From: Phycisphaerales bacterium
Lineage (GTDB): Bacteria; Planctomycetota; Phycisphaerae; Phycisphaerales; JAGLTS01
NCBI GenBank assembly: GCA_023135165.1
Contig: JAGLTS010000028.1
Coordinates: forward strand, 1 to 64,000
Direction of reading: 5' to 3'
DNA: 64,000 nucleotides
Below are positions 9,013 through 18,116 of the stretch, one piece after another; position 1 is the stretch's first letter, and each line of letters begins with the position of its first letter. The notes beneath the pieces were generated by a model. That model had not been told where the DNA came from, searched no databases, and saw only the letters and a list, made by a program, of their open reading frames with translations. A program made the position numbers and the translations under genes.

Positions 9013-9604
9013 GAACTTCTTTGCCGGATGGGAGCCCGTGCTGATGGGTGCGGGGATTGGGCTGGTCTTCGGGTTTCTGCTCCAGAAGGCAGCCGTGACC
9101 CGCTACCAGACGATCCTCGGACAGTTCCTGTTCAAAGACTTCACCGTGCTGAAGGTGATGCTGACCGCAATCGTTGTCGGCGGGATCGGTATCTATGCCA
9201 TGCGGGCGATGAACCCCGACATGAAGATGCATATCAAGAACGCGGCGCTGTTGGGCAACGTCGTCGGCGGGCTTATCTTCGGCGTGGGGATGGCGATCCT
9301 CGGCTACTGCCCCGGTACGGGCACAGCGGCGCTGGGTGACGGCTCGCGGCATGTGATTCCCGGTCTGCTGGGCATGATCGTCGGCGCCGGCGTGTACGCC
9401 GAAGTGTATCCGTTCATCAAGGACGGTCTGCTCAAGATCGGTGTGATCACCGTGGATGAGACGAGCAAGGTGAGTCTGCCGCAGCTCACGCATTTGTCGC
9501 CATGGTGGTTCCTCGCAGCACTGACGGTCATCGCCGTGGTGGTGTTCCTGATCATCGAGCGCGCGGAACGGCGCAGCAAGGCGAAGCCTGCCGATTCTGT
9601 CTGA
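9005..9604 (+). CDS. YeeE/YedE family membrane protein, second half-transporter
   Basis: GYCPGT motif. 8-nt overlap (ATGTTTGA) with the upstream gene indicates translational coupling. Confidence 0.8.
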   Translation: MFENFFAGWEPVLMGAGIGLVFGFLLQKAAVTRYQTILGQFLFKDFTVLKVMLTAIVVGGIGIYAMRAMNPDMKMHIKNAALLGNVVGGLIFGVGMAILGYCPGTGTAALGDGSRHVIPGLLGMIVGAGVYAEVYPFIKDGLLKIGVITVDETSKVSLPQLTHLSPWWFLAALTVIAVVVFLIIERAERRSKAKPADSV

Positions 9605-9786
9605 CAACCCAGCCGACGATCTCGACGAGAGACCGGCCTCCTGTTTCCACTCCAGGCGCGGAACTCAGAATTCGGGCTTGGATATCGTGAAGGGCGGGTT
9701 ATGCTGGAAGCTGGTCTGTGAATGGCTGGGCGATGGAGCCTGGCGAAGACATCCGGCAGATGTCGGTTCGAACGGAGGAGACGAAC

Positions 9787-11055
9787 ATGCGATATCTCAT
9801 GCTGCTTCTTGCGGCGGCGGCATCAGTCCTGAGCACCACCGCAGCCCACGCCGATTTCGGCGACCAACTCTTCAAGCTCCTGGCCGACGACGGCGCGGGG
9901 GGCGATTACTTTGGCTTCTCCGTCGCGATCAGCGGCACCACCGCCATCGTCGGGGCCCTCTATGACAACAGCGACGACTCCGGCTCGGCGTACCTCTTCG
10001 ACAGCACCACGGGCCAGCAGCTCTTCAGGCTGCTCCCGAGCGACGGCGCGGCGTCCGACTGGTTCGGCCACTCCGTCGCGATCAGCGGTGCCACCGCCAT
10101 CATCGGAGTCTACCGAGACGACGACAACGGCGACGCCTCTGGCTCGGCGTACCTTTTCGACACCACCACGGGTCAGCAGATCGCCAAGCTCCTCCCCAGC
10201 GACGGCGCGGGGGGAGACGGATTGGGTGTCTCCGTTGCGATCAGCGGCACGACCGCCATCGTCGGAGCCTATCACGACGACGACAACGGCGGTGCATCCG
10301 GCTCGGCGTACCTCTTTGACACGGCCACGGGCCAGCAGATCGCCAAGCTCCTCCCCAGCGATGGTGCGCAGATAGACTTGTTCGGCTACTCCGTTGCGAT
10401 CAGCGGCGCGACCGCCATCGTCGGGGCCTACCAAGACGACGACAACGGCAACGAATCCGGCTCGGCGTACCTCTTCGACACGACCACGGGCCAGCAGATC
10501 GCCAAGCTCCTCCCCAGCGACGGCGCGGCGGGTGACTGGTTCGGCCGTTCCGTCGCGATCAGCGGCGCGACCGCCATCGTCGGGGCCGCCTTCGACGACG
10601 ACAACGGCGACGACTCCGGCTCCGCCTACGTTTTCGACACCGCCACGGGGCAGCAACTCTTCAAGCTCCTCCCCAGCGACGGCGCGGAGTTGGACGTGTT
10701 CGGCTTATCCGTTGCGATCAGCGGCGCGACCGCCATCGTCGGGGCATACGAAGATGACGACAACGGTGGTGCATCCGGCTCGGCCTACATCTTCGACACG
10801 GCCACGGGCCAGCAGATCGCCAAGCTCCTTCCCGACGACGGCGCGGCGGGCGACCGGTTCGGCGATTCCGTTGCGATCAGCGGCGCCACCGCTATCGTGG
10901 GGGCAGACTGGAACGACGACAACGGCTATGAGTCCGGATCGGCGTACCTGTTCGACGCGAGCGCGGCGCCATGCCTCGGCGACCTCGACGGCGATGGCGA
11001 TGTCGACCAATCCGACCTCGGCATCCTGCTCGCCAACTACGGCTGCGGGACATGA
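9787..11055 (+). CDS. Secreted 7-bladed FG-GAP-like beta-propeller protein with C-terminal dockerin-like module
   Basis: Start at internal ATG 9787 (MRYLMLLLAAAASVLSTTAAHA signal peptide) with GGAGGAG RBS. Seven 53-aa repeats (LLPSDGAxGDxFGxSVAISGATAIVGAYxDDDNGxxSGSAYLFDTxTGQQ). C-terminal DLDGDGDVDQSDLGILLANYG. Confidence 0.75.
   Translation: MRYLMLLLAAAASVLSTTAAHADFGDQLFKLLADDGAGGDYFGFSVAISGTTAIVGALYDNSDDSGSAYLFDSTTGQQLFRLLPSDGAASDWFGHSVAISGATAIIGVYRDDDNGDASGSAYLFDTTTGQQIAKLLPSDGAGGDGLGVSVAISGTTAIVGAYHDDDNGGASGSAYLFDTATGQQIAKLLPSDGAQIDLFGYSVAISGATAIVGAYQDDDNGNESGSAYLFDTTTGQQIAKLLPSDGAAGDWFGRSVAISGATAIVGAAFDDDNGDDSGSAYVFDTATGQQLFKLLPSDGAELDVFGLSVAISGATAIVGAYEDDDNGGASGSAYIFDTATGQQIAKLLPDDGAAGDRFGDSVAISGATAIVGADWNDDNGYESGSAYLFDASAAPCLGDLDGDGDVDQSDLGILLANYGCGT
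9853..10966 (+). repeat. Tandem 159-bp coding repeats (x7) encoding the propeller blades
   Basis: The DNA-level periodicity gcgatcagcggcgcgaccgccatcgtcggggcc recurs every 159 bp. Confidence 0.6.
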
Positions 11056-11083
11056 CGCGCTAACCACTGCTCGCGCGCCGCAG

Positions 11084-11593
11084 CTACGGTTCGCGGCGGG
11101 TGAACGTCATCGTCTGCTGGTCCTTGATCACGCCTGGGAACGGCAGCACCTTGCCGTGTGCGACGGCGTACACACCAGGCTCGACGAGACCCGCGGCGAG
11201 CAGCGACTCGGTCAGGTTCTGTAGCGCATCGGATCGCGTCATCTCGTAAGGCCGAATCGCACCGGTGAGAATGATCGGTTTGGTCGGCGGGTTCATCTTC
11301 TCGTGCAGCCACTCACCGGTCACAGGCAGCGTATCCGTGCCGTGCAAAATAACGACGGCGTCGGAAAGCCGGCACGCGGACTTGACTGTGGCGAGGATGG
11401 CCTCTCGATCGTCCTCGCTCATGTCGAGGCTGTCCATGTGCATGAGTTCGCGGATGTGCAGCTCGGTGTCAGGGAGCTTGAGTTGATCGAGCATTTGTCG
11501 AACGACAGAGCCGAAGTTCGAGAGCCTTCCCGTGGACTCGTCGTACGTCTTCTCGATCGTGCCGCCGGTTGTGAGTAGTTCGATGTGTCGCAT
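11084..11593 (-). CDS. Asparaginase-family N-terminal domain protein (short, 169 aa)
   Basis: LLTTGGTIEK matches the asparaginase/glutaminase TGGTIA active-site motif. Only the N-domain length is present. Confidence 0.5.
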   Translation of the reverse strand: MRHIELLTTGGTIEKTYDESTGRLSNFGSVVRQMLDQLKLPDTELHIRELMHMDSLDMSEDDREAILATVKSACRLSDAVVILHGTDTLPVTGEWLHEKMNPPTKPIILTGAIRPYEMTRSDALQNLTESLLAAGLVEPGVYAVAHGKVLPFPGVIKDQQTMTFTRREP

Positions 11594-11617
11594 GAGGTGG
11601 GTGACCGACGCTGCTCA

Positions 11618-13090
11618 TCAGGTGAGTTGTTGGAAGTTCAGGTAAGGCCGAACGGGCGCCTCGCTGAAAATGCGATCGTTGCCGAAATGATACCGCCTGC
11701 CTTCGATGCGCATCGACGCACGGCGAACATGCTCACCGGCCAGGCTAAACGTCGCGGTATCGAGGATGTTGCGCATGTCGAGCTTCTTGAACGTGCCGGC
11801 AACGAAGGTCGCGCCTGCCGTATCGCCGCGGATCTGCAGCTTTTTCACGCGCGACGATCGCACTAAATCAGCGGCGCTTGTTGGTAAGCCGCCCGCCCAG
11901 TCCAGCGGCAATCCCACGTAGATCTCCAGCCCGTTGATCGGGCCGAGCTTCATCTTCTGTACATCCGCGATTGTCGAGATGCGTGCGCCTGTGGACTCGC
12001 CGCTGATATGGAGCTTCCGGATCGCGGTTCCGCCCGTAGCCGTCGCGGCGATCGACCCGGTGAAGTCCTCGCGCACGATGATCTTGCGGTAGCTCGTCGC
12101 CGTTACTTCGCCTGCGAATGAGCGCCGGATGGTGAAGGAGCGCATCGGGCCGGCGAATGTCCAGGCGCCGGAGAGGACGGACCCGCCGACAAAGACGGAT
12201 CGCGCGCCATCGGTCGCGAGCACCCAGTCGCCGGACACGTTGCCGCCGATGTGGATTGTTCGCGCCGCAGTCGCGGTGAATGCGCCGTCCAGCCACGAGT
12301 CGGCTGAGAGTCGCCGCACGTCGGATGCGAGGTCGATCGTCGTACCCGCGTCGATGCGTTTCAACCGAAGCGTGATGCCCCGGCGTGGTCCGTTGCCGGG
12401 CATGATGATGTCAGCGCCGTTCTCGACGTTGCCCAGCGTGACGGATGCGATCACACCGAGGCCCGTCATCACGATGCCCTGACCGACAAGGTGCGTGTCG
12501 GGCGCGATGAGCTTGCCGACGGGTGATTCACCGGTGATGGTTTCGATCGACGTGGCGCCGTCGCCCGCGTTGCTTGTGTTGATGACTGTTCGACTTCGCA
12601 AGGACGTCTGGTCATACGTGATGCTGATGATTTGGATGTCCGCGCCGGTGACGACGATGTCACGTTGGCCGATGTCCTGTTCGAGGTGCGTGCCGACGAG
12701 TTGCACGACGGCGGTTCCGATGCGGTGGGAGATGGCGATGCGCGTGCCGTCGGCATCGGTGAAGCGGACCGAGCGCGCCTGGGCGTCGCCGATGGTGATG
12801 AAGAGCTCCGGCACACCCTGCGTGAGGATGTCCGGTCGAAGCCCCGCATCAAGGTCATCGTCGGCATGTGGCGCTGCGACGACGGCGACGGAATCGACAT
12901 CGAGGTTCACGGGGATGGCATCCAGGAGCCGGCGGTCTTCAAGCCGCTGGGCCTGCGGTGCTGGGCGTGCTGCGTGGCGATGAGCGGAGGCGTGGTGACG
13001 GGACATGAGGTGAATCATCGGTGAACTCCCAAGCGTGCTCGGACGGAACGCTCTCCGCCCACTCCAGCCCAACGGGCGGAGGGGCGGCAA
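11618..13090 (-). CDS. Hypothetical protein, Gly/Thr/Ile-rich (probable beta-helix/adhesin-like)
   Basis: Long ORF with repetitive G/T/I/A-rich segments and no recognisable catalytic motifs. Start uncertain. Confidence 0.45.
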   Translation of the reverse strand: MPPLRPLGWSGRRAFRPSTLGSSPMIHLMSRHHASAHRHAARPAPQAQRLEDRRLLDAIPVNLDVDSVAVVAAPHADDDLDAGLRPDILTQGVPELFITIGDAQARSVRFTDADGTRIAISHRIGTAVVQLVGTHLEQDIGQRDIVVTGADIQIISITYDQTSLRSRTVINTSNAGDGATSIETITGESPVGKLIAPDTHLVGQGIVMTGLGVIASVTLGNVENGADIIMPGNGPRRGITLRLKRIDAGTTIDLASDVRRLSADSWLDGAFTATAARTIHIGGNVSGDWVLATDGARSVFVGGSVLSGAWTFAGPMRSFTIRRSFAGEVTATSYRKIIVREDFTGSIAATATGGTAIRKLHISGESTGARISTIADVQKMKLGPINGLEIYVGLPLDWAGGLPTSAADLVRSSRVKKLQIRGDTAGATFVAGTFKKLDMRNILDTATFSLAGEHVRRASMRIEGRRYHFGNDRIFSEAPVRPYLNFQQLT

Positions 13091-13249
13091 TGCTGCATGT
13101 GAGCGTACGCGGGTCAGCCCGCCCAGCCAAGCGAGCCGGCAGGCAAAGCGCCACCGGCATCCGTCCGGTCAGCAATGCCGACGCCATAAGCGCTTGGCCA
13201 ATCCAAAGATAGCACCCGTCACCGCCGGATGGCGACGGGCGCTTGGCAA

Positions 13250-13322
13250 TGGAGCCGACCGGGCTCGAACCGGCAACCCCTGGCTTGCAAAGCCAGTGCT
13301 CTCCCAATTGAGCTACAGCCCC
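13250..13322 (-). tRNA. tRNA-Ala (anticodon TGC)
   Basis: Minus strand reads GGGGCTGTAGCTCAATTGGGAGAGCACTGGCTTTGCAAGCCAGGGGTTGCCGGTTCGAGCCCGGTCGGCTCCA. It has the G3:U70 Ala identity pair, anticodon loop cTTTGCAa and a T-arm GTTCGAGC. CCA is not encoded. The track ORF 13229..15277 overlaps it spuriously. Confidence 0.85.
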
Positions 13323-13567
13323 GACCCAGCGGACATGCTACGCAATCAGGTCCGCCTTGGCGAGCGACAGCCCGGCGCTGGGCATCACCCCCACCCACAT
13401 CACATCATCATGAGACCACCTCCACCGCAATGCGGCCGCAGCACACTCGCGTGCGTGGTCACGCCGCCGGTCCAATCCGGTTCACGCAGCGCACAACCAT
13501 GCAGCGCAACTTCGGGAAGGCCCGTTCGTATCGAGCGAGCGAGACGAGAGGCCCGGCGCGGTACAGT

Positions 13568-15277
13568 ATGGGGATGAGCGAGATCCTCGGCCGATTCTGT
13601 CTCGTCCTTCACGGGCACCTTCCCTACGTCCTGCATCACGGCGTTTGGCCGCACGGTGAGGACTGGCTGTACGAAGGCGCCGCAGAGACGTACCTCCCGA
13701 TCCTCCAGATGGTCGATGAGGTCGAGTTCCTGAGCCAACCGGCGAAGATCACGATCGGTCTGACGCCGATCCTCCTCGAACAGCTCGCACACGATCGCTT
13801 CAAGACGGGCTTCCGTGCGTACATCGCCGACCGCATCAGGCAGGCGGAGTCGGACCGCAAGGAGTTCGAGTCGCGCAACGAGCTGCACCTGGCGTACCTG
13901 GCGCAGCGCTGGGTCGAGTGGTTCGGCAAGCTCGATGCGTTCTTCACGGAGATTAAAGAGGACATCCCGGCTGCCTACGCGGAACGGGTCAAGCGGGGTT
14001 GGATCGAAGTGCTCACATCGTGCGCGACGCACGGGTACCTGCCGCTCCTGCTGGAGGATTCGTGTTGCAGGGCGCAGATTCGGGCGGGCGTCGCGTCGAG
14101 TGAACGGCTGCTCGGGTTCAAGCCGACTGGGATGTGGCTGCCCGAATGCGCGTATCGGCCGGCGTATCAGTGGACCCCGCCGGTCTGGTTCGACAATCAG
14201 CGGAACCGCGTGGGCGTCGAGCACCTCATCGCAGACGAGGGCATTACGCACTTCTTTGTCGAGCACCACCTCGTCGAGCAGGGGCGCTCTGAGGGCGTCA
14301 TGCGGGCTGGGCAGTTCCACCGCGTCGGGTGGGACCACGCACCCTCGCACATGCACGAAGGCTGGTACGACGTGCATGAAGCCGTCGGCGTGAACAGCGA
14401 CGCAGGTCCGTACCGCACCGCCGCCTTCGCTCGCGATCCGCTCGTTTGCGAACAGGTCTGGTCCGGTTCGTTCGGATACCCCGCTGCCGGCACGTACCTG
14501 GAATTCCACAAGAAATACGGCCCGCGACGCGGGTTGCGCTACTGGAAGGTTACGCATAACAAGGCGGACCTCGGCGCCAAGGACCCGTACTATCCCGACG
14601 ACATTCCCGCGCGAATCCACGAGCACGCCCGGCACTTCTGCGACTTCATCAAGGGTCGATTGCGAGAGTACCGCCACAAGACGGGGCGCATCGGGACGGT
14701 CTGCGCCGCGTTCGATGCGGAACTGTTCGGGCACTGGTGGTTCGAGGGGCCGTTGTTCCTGCGCGATGTGCTGCTGTCGCTTCAACACGACGGCGAGGTC
14801 GATGTCTGCACGACGGCGGAAGCGCTCGATCGCCAGCCGCCCGACAAGGTCATGGCCCTGCCCGAAGGATCGTGGGGCGAGGATGGCAACCACAGCGTCT
14901 GGCTGAACGATCAGACGCGGTGGATGTGGGAGGTCGAGTACCGGGCTGAGGCTGAGTTCGGGAAGCTCACGTTTGAACTTCCTTGGGAAACGAACGATCA
15001 AGTTCGCGAGCTGCTTGAGCGGGCCGGCCGGGAGCTGTTGCTCATGCAGGCGTCGGATTGGCCGTTCGTGATTCGGCGAGCGCAGGCGGTGGACTACGGC
15101 ACGAAGCGCTTCGTCCTGCACGCCGGCCGATTCGAGAACCTCACCGACATCTGCAAGAAGGTCGCGCGCGGCGGCGAACTCGACGAGGTCGAGCGCTTCG
15201 AGATTCAAGATGCCGACCTGCACGACAGCGTGTTCCCGAAGATCGACCTGAACTGGTGGGCGAACACGCCGAAGTAG
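13568..15277 (+). CDS. Glycoside hydrolase family 57 (alpha-glucan branching enzyme-like)
   Basis: Start moved to ATG 13568 (MGMSEILGRFCLVLHGHLPYV) downstream of the tRNA. HGHLPYV... and the DUF1957-like C-terminus are typical of GH57 branching enzymes. Confidence 0.8.
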   Translation: MGMSEILGRFCLVLHGHLPYVLHHGVWPHGEDWLYEGAAETYLPILQMVDEVEFLSQPAKITIGLTPILLEQLAHDRFKTGFRAYIADRIRQAESDRKEFESRNELHLAYLAQRWVEWFGKLDAFFTEIKEDIPAAYAERVKRGWIEVLTSCATHGYLPLLLEDSCCRAQIRAGVASSERLLGFKPTGMWLPECAYRPAYQWTPPVWFDNQRNRVGVEHLIADEGITHFFVEHHLVEQGRSEGVMRAGQFHRVGWDHAPSHMHEGWYDVHEAVGVNSDAGPYRTAAFARDPLVCEQVWSGSFGYPAAGTYLEFHKKYGPRRGLRYWKVTHNKADLGAKDPYYPDDIPARIHEHARHFCDFIKGRLREYRHKTGRIGTVCAAFDAELFGHWWFEGPLFLRDVLLSLQHDGEVDVCTTAEALDRQPPDKVMALPEGSWGEDGNHSVWLNDQTRWMWEVEYRAEAEFGKLTFELPWETNDQVRELLERAGRELLLMQASDWPFVIRRAQAVDYGTKRFVLHAGRFENLTDICKKVARGGELDEVERFEIQDADLHDSVFPKIDLNWWANTPK

Positions 15278-15369
15278 CGGAGACAGGGGCTCGCAGCCCG
15301 GTGCGCGCACCTCAGCATCGCACCACGCCGGACCGGAGCGCAGCGCAAGTCCGGATATCCCAATGTTTC

Positions 15370-16245
15370 CTACGGCGCATTGATCCGGCGATACGCACCC
15401 TCCACATTGTGCCGACTCGGGTCGAGGTAGAAGCTGTAGTCCTTCGTCACCACATCACCCATGCGCTCGTGCCGCGCCGAGCCGTCGAGAAACGCCATCT
15501 GCCCCCAAGGCTCGTCGTGCCACCAGCCTGCGATGATGTTCATGCCAAGCCGCGTCAGCGGATCGTATCGGCCGGCGTAGTTCGACCCCGTACCGCCGAC
15601 GAGCACGAATTGCGATGCGCTAATCGCCACATTCGTCGGCCCGAGGTTGAACTGCAAATTCACCGGCGGCCGACCCTGCCCGTAGATCGAACCGATGCGG
15701 CAGTACATCCAGTCGTTGGCCTGGTAGCTTGTGCCCATCATTCCGAAAACGGTCATCCCGCCTTCGTCGGATCGGTTGTCTTGGGCCCAGTGGACCCAGT
15801 CGACGCGCTCGCCGGTGCGGCTGTAGCGCACGCCGTCGTCCAAGGGGCAACGGAACACTTCCGCCCGGCGCTCCTCTCGCAGGTCCGATCCGATGTACGG
15901 GTTGATCGGCCGATCCCCCGCGACAAGGTAGAACGGCTCGATCGCGTCGCCGTTCTCATCCTCGCCGTACCAGTGCACGCCGCCCCATGTGTACAACGGC
16001 ACGGTTGGGCCGCCATCCTCACCCTTCCCGACGGGGAAGTTGTCGAAGTCGTTCATGTACACGCCCCACGCCACCGAGATCTGGCGCAGGTTCATCAGAC
16101 ACACGGAGTTCCTCGCCGACCGCTTGGCCTTGCTCAGTGCAGGCAGGAGAATACCCACGAGCAGCGCGATGATCGCAATCACCACGAGTAGCTCGATGAG
16201 CGTGAACCCCCAGCCCGGCCGAACTCGACGAATCGACCTGCTCAT
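15370..16245 (-). CDS. DUF1559 (H-X9-DG) protein with prepilin-type N-terminal cleavage/methylation domain
   Basis: [25 protein letters not shown] prepilin-type N-terminus. [18 protein letters not shown]9-DG motif. This family is strongly expanded in Planctomycetota. Confidence 0.85.
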   Translation of the reverse strand: MSRSIRRVRPGWGFTLIELLVVIAIIALLVGILLPALSKAKRSARNSVCLMNLRQISVAWGVYMNDFDNFPVGKGEDGGPTVPLYTWGGVHWYGEDENGDAIEPFYLVAGDRPINPYIGSDLREERRAEVFRCPLDDGVRYSRTGERVDWVHWAQDNRSDEGGMTVFGMMGTSYQANDWMYCRIGSIYGQGRPPVNLQFNLGPTNVAISASQFVLVGGTGSNYAGRYDPLTRLGMNIIAGWWHDEPWGQMAFLDGSARHERMGDVVTKDYSFYLDPSRHNVEGAYRRINAP

Positions 16246-16319
16246 ACCACAATCCTACACCGCTCCGCCGGCCATGCCACCAGAAAGGCGAAACCTTCGA
16301 TCCACGACGATCCTCCCTC

Positions 16320-17885
16320 ATGCACCATTTCCCCTCACCCGCTGACTGGCGCGACCAGATCCTCTACCAGGTCTTCACCGATCGCTTCGAGAACGGCGAC
16401 CCAAGTCTGGACACCGCACATCCGACCGCCCAGATCGACCGCGTCCACCCCAAAGGGCTGCGGGGCGGCGATTTGTGCGGGATCGAACGCAGGCTCGACT
16501 ACATCAAGTCACTCGGGGCGACCGCGATCTGGATCTCGCCGGTCTCTCTCAACGATGCCGGCGGCGCGTACCACGGGTATGCGGCGATCGACTTCTCGCA
16601 GGTCAGCCCGCACCTAGGCGGCATGCCCGCGCTCCGCTCGCTCATCCGGGCTGCACACGACCGCGGCATCTACATCCTGCTCGACGTCGTCTGCAACCAC
16701 ATGGGCAGGCGAATCACATCCAGCCACGGCGACTACCCACGCTACCGCCCGCCGCCGCACGGCTACCGCATGCGATGGATCAACCCAAAGCGTAAGTACC
16801 CGCCGCCCTTTGGCACGCTCAGGTGCTTCCACAACCACGGCCACATCCGCCGATTCGTGGGCGATGAACTCGTCTACGGCGCGGTGCACGGCCTAGACGA
16901 CCTGCGCACCGAACTGCCTTACGTTCGCGAGCATCTCATCCGCATCCACCGCAAGCTCATCGCCGACACCGACTGCGACGGCTTTCGCATCGACACCGTG
17001 CGCCACGTCGAGTTGGACTTCTGGCAGCAGTTCGGCAGCGCGATGCGCGACGAAGCGCGATCGCTTGGCAAGAACCGCTTCCTGTTGATCGGTGAGGTGT
17101 GGGATGCCAATGACGCAGCGGTCGCGCGCTATGTCGGGCGCGGTGGTTCACATGGGGGTTTGCGTGGTGGTTCATGTGGGGGGCAGCCGGCGCCGTTTGC
17201 CCTCGATTCCGCGACGGACTACCCGCTTCATGCGGCGCTGATGGATGTGTTGCTCCACCGCAAGCCGCCCGTGCTTCTGGCGCAACGGCACGATCGCCTG
17301 CGCAACGATCTGTACGACCCGACGGTGAACGATCAGCTTCTCACGTTTCTCGATAACCACGACGTTCCGCGCTTCCTGTGGCGGGGACATCGCGACATGT
17401 CGCGCGGTGAACGCCTCAGCTATCTCAGGATCGGCCTGACGTTCCTCTTGACATCGCAGGGCATCCCGTGCATCTACGCGGGTACGGAACAAGGATTCTT
17501 CGGCGGCCCGGACCCGGCGAACCGCGAGGAGATGACGGGGCGCTTCAACCCACATCACCGGTTGTATCGCCTCACAGCACGGCTTGCAGCACTGCGCACG
17601 CAACACGTGGCGTTGCGCCGCGGCGTGCAGACCTACCTGCAGGCAGCGGCTGACGGGCCCGGCGTCATCGCATTCACCCGCACGTTCCCCGGCGACAGTG
17701 TGCTTGTCATCCTCAACACCGCACCCATTCGCCGACCGATGAGGACGATCCGCACGCCCTTTGCGCCTCGCACATTGCTCGTCGATGTGCTGGGAATCGC
17801 CCGTCCGACGCGCGTTGACGCCCAGTGTCGGTTGGCCGGCCGAATGATCCCGCCACATGCATGCCGTGTGTATTGCCCGGCCTGA
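16320..17885 (+). CDS. Alpha-amylase family glycoside hydrolase (GH13)
   Basis: GFRIDTVRHV (region II catalytic Asp), LDVVCNHMG (region I), EVWD (region III) and FLDNHD (region IV). Confidence 0.8.
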   Translation: MHHFPSPADWRDQILYQVFTDRFENGDPSLDTAHPTAQIDRVHPKGLRGGDLCGIERRLDYIKSLGATAIWISPVSLNDAGGAYHGYAAIDFSQVSPHLGGMPALRSLIRAAHDRGIYILLDVVCNHMGRRITSSHGDYPRYRPPPHGYRMRWINPKRKYPPPFGTLRCFHNHGHIRRFVGDELVYGAVHGLDDLRTELPYVREHLIRIHRKLIADTDCDGFRIDTVRHVELDFWQQFGSAMRDEARSLGKNRFLLIGEVWDANDAAVARYVGRGGSHGGLRGGSCGGQPAPFALDSATDYPLHAALMDVLLHRKPPVLLAQRHDRLRNDLYDPTVNDQLLTFLDNHDVPRFLWRGHRDMSRGERLSYLRIGLTFLLTSQGIPCIYAGTEQGFFGGPDPANREEMTGRFNPHHRLYRLTARLAALRTQHVALRRGVQTYLQAAADGPGVIAFTRTFPGDSVLVILNTAPIRRPMRTIRTPFAPRTLLVDVLGIARPTRVDAQCRLAGRMIPPHACRVYCPA

Positions 17886-18116
17886 TCGACCGCAGCCGGT
17901 CCATGAACGGTTCGAGATACGTGCATCAACAGCGATCGGCGGTTTTGCAGCCCCGCGCGGAAACGCGAGGCGCCCAGCCGGACGAGTCAGTGGGGCCGTG
18001 CGAATCGCAATTCCCTGCGTGCGCAAACAGCCTTCATCGGATGCCCAGGATAGACTGAGGACACCGCCACGCCTCGCGGTCTGGCCGGTATGACTCCCTG
18101 GAAAGGACACATCGCC

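Noticed and set aside
9823-10656. 277-aa minus ORF and 10394..11224 plus ORF within the FG-GAP repeat gene
   Set aside because: Alternative frames of a repetitive GC-rich coding repeat. The propeller frame has a signal peptide and an RBS.
13400-15310. 636-aa minus ORF antisense to GH57
   Set aside because: Shadow ORF; the GH57 reading frame has clear family motifs.
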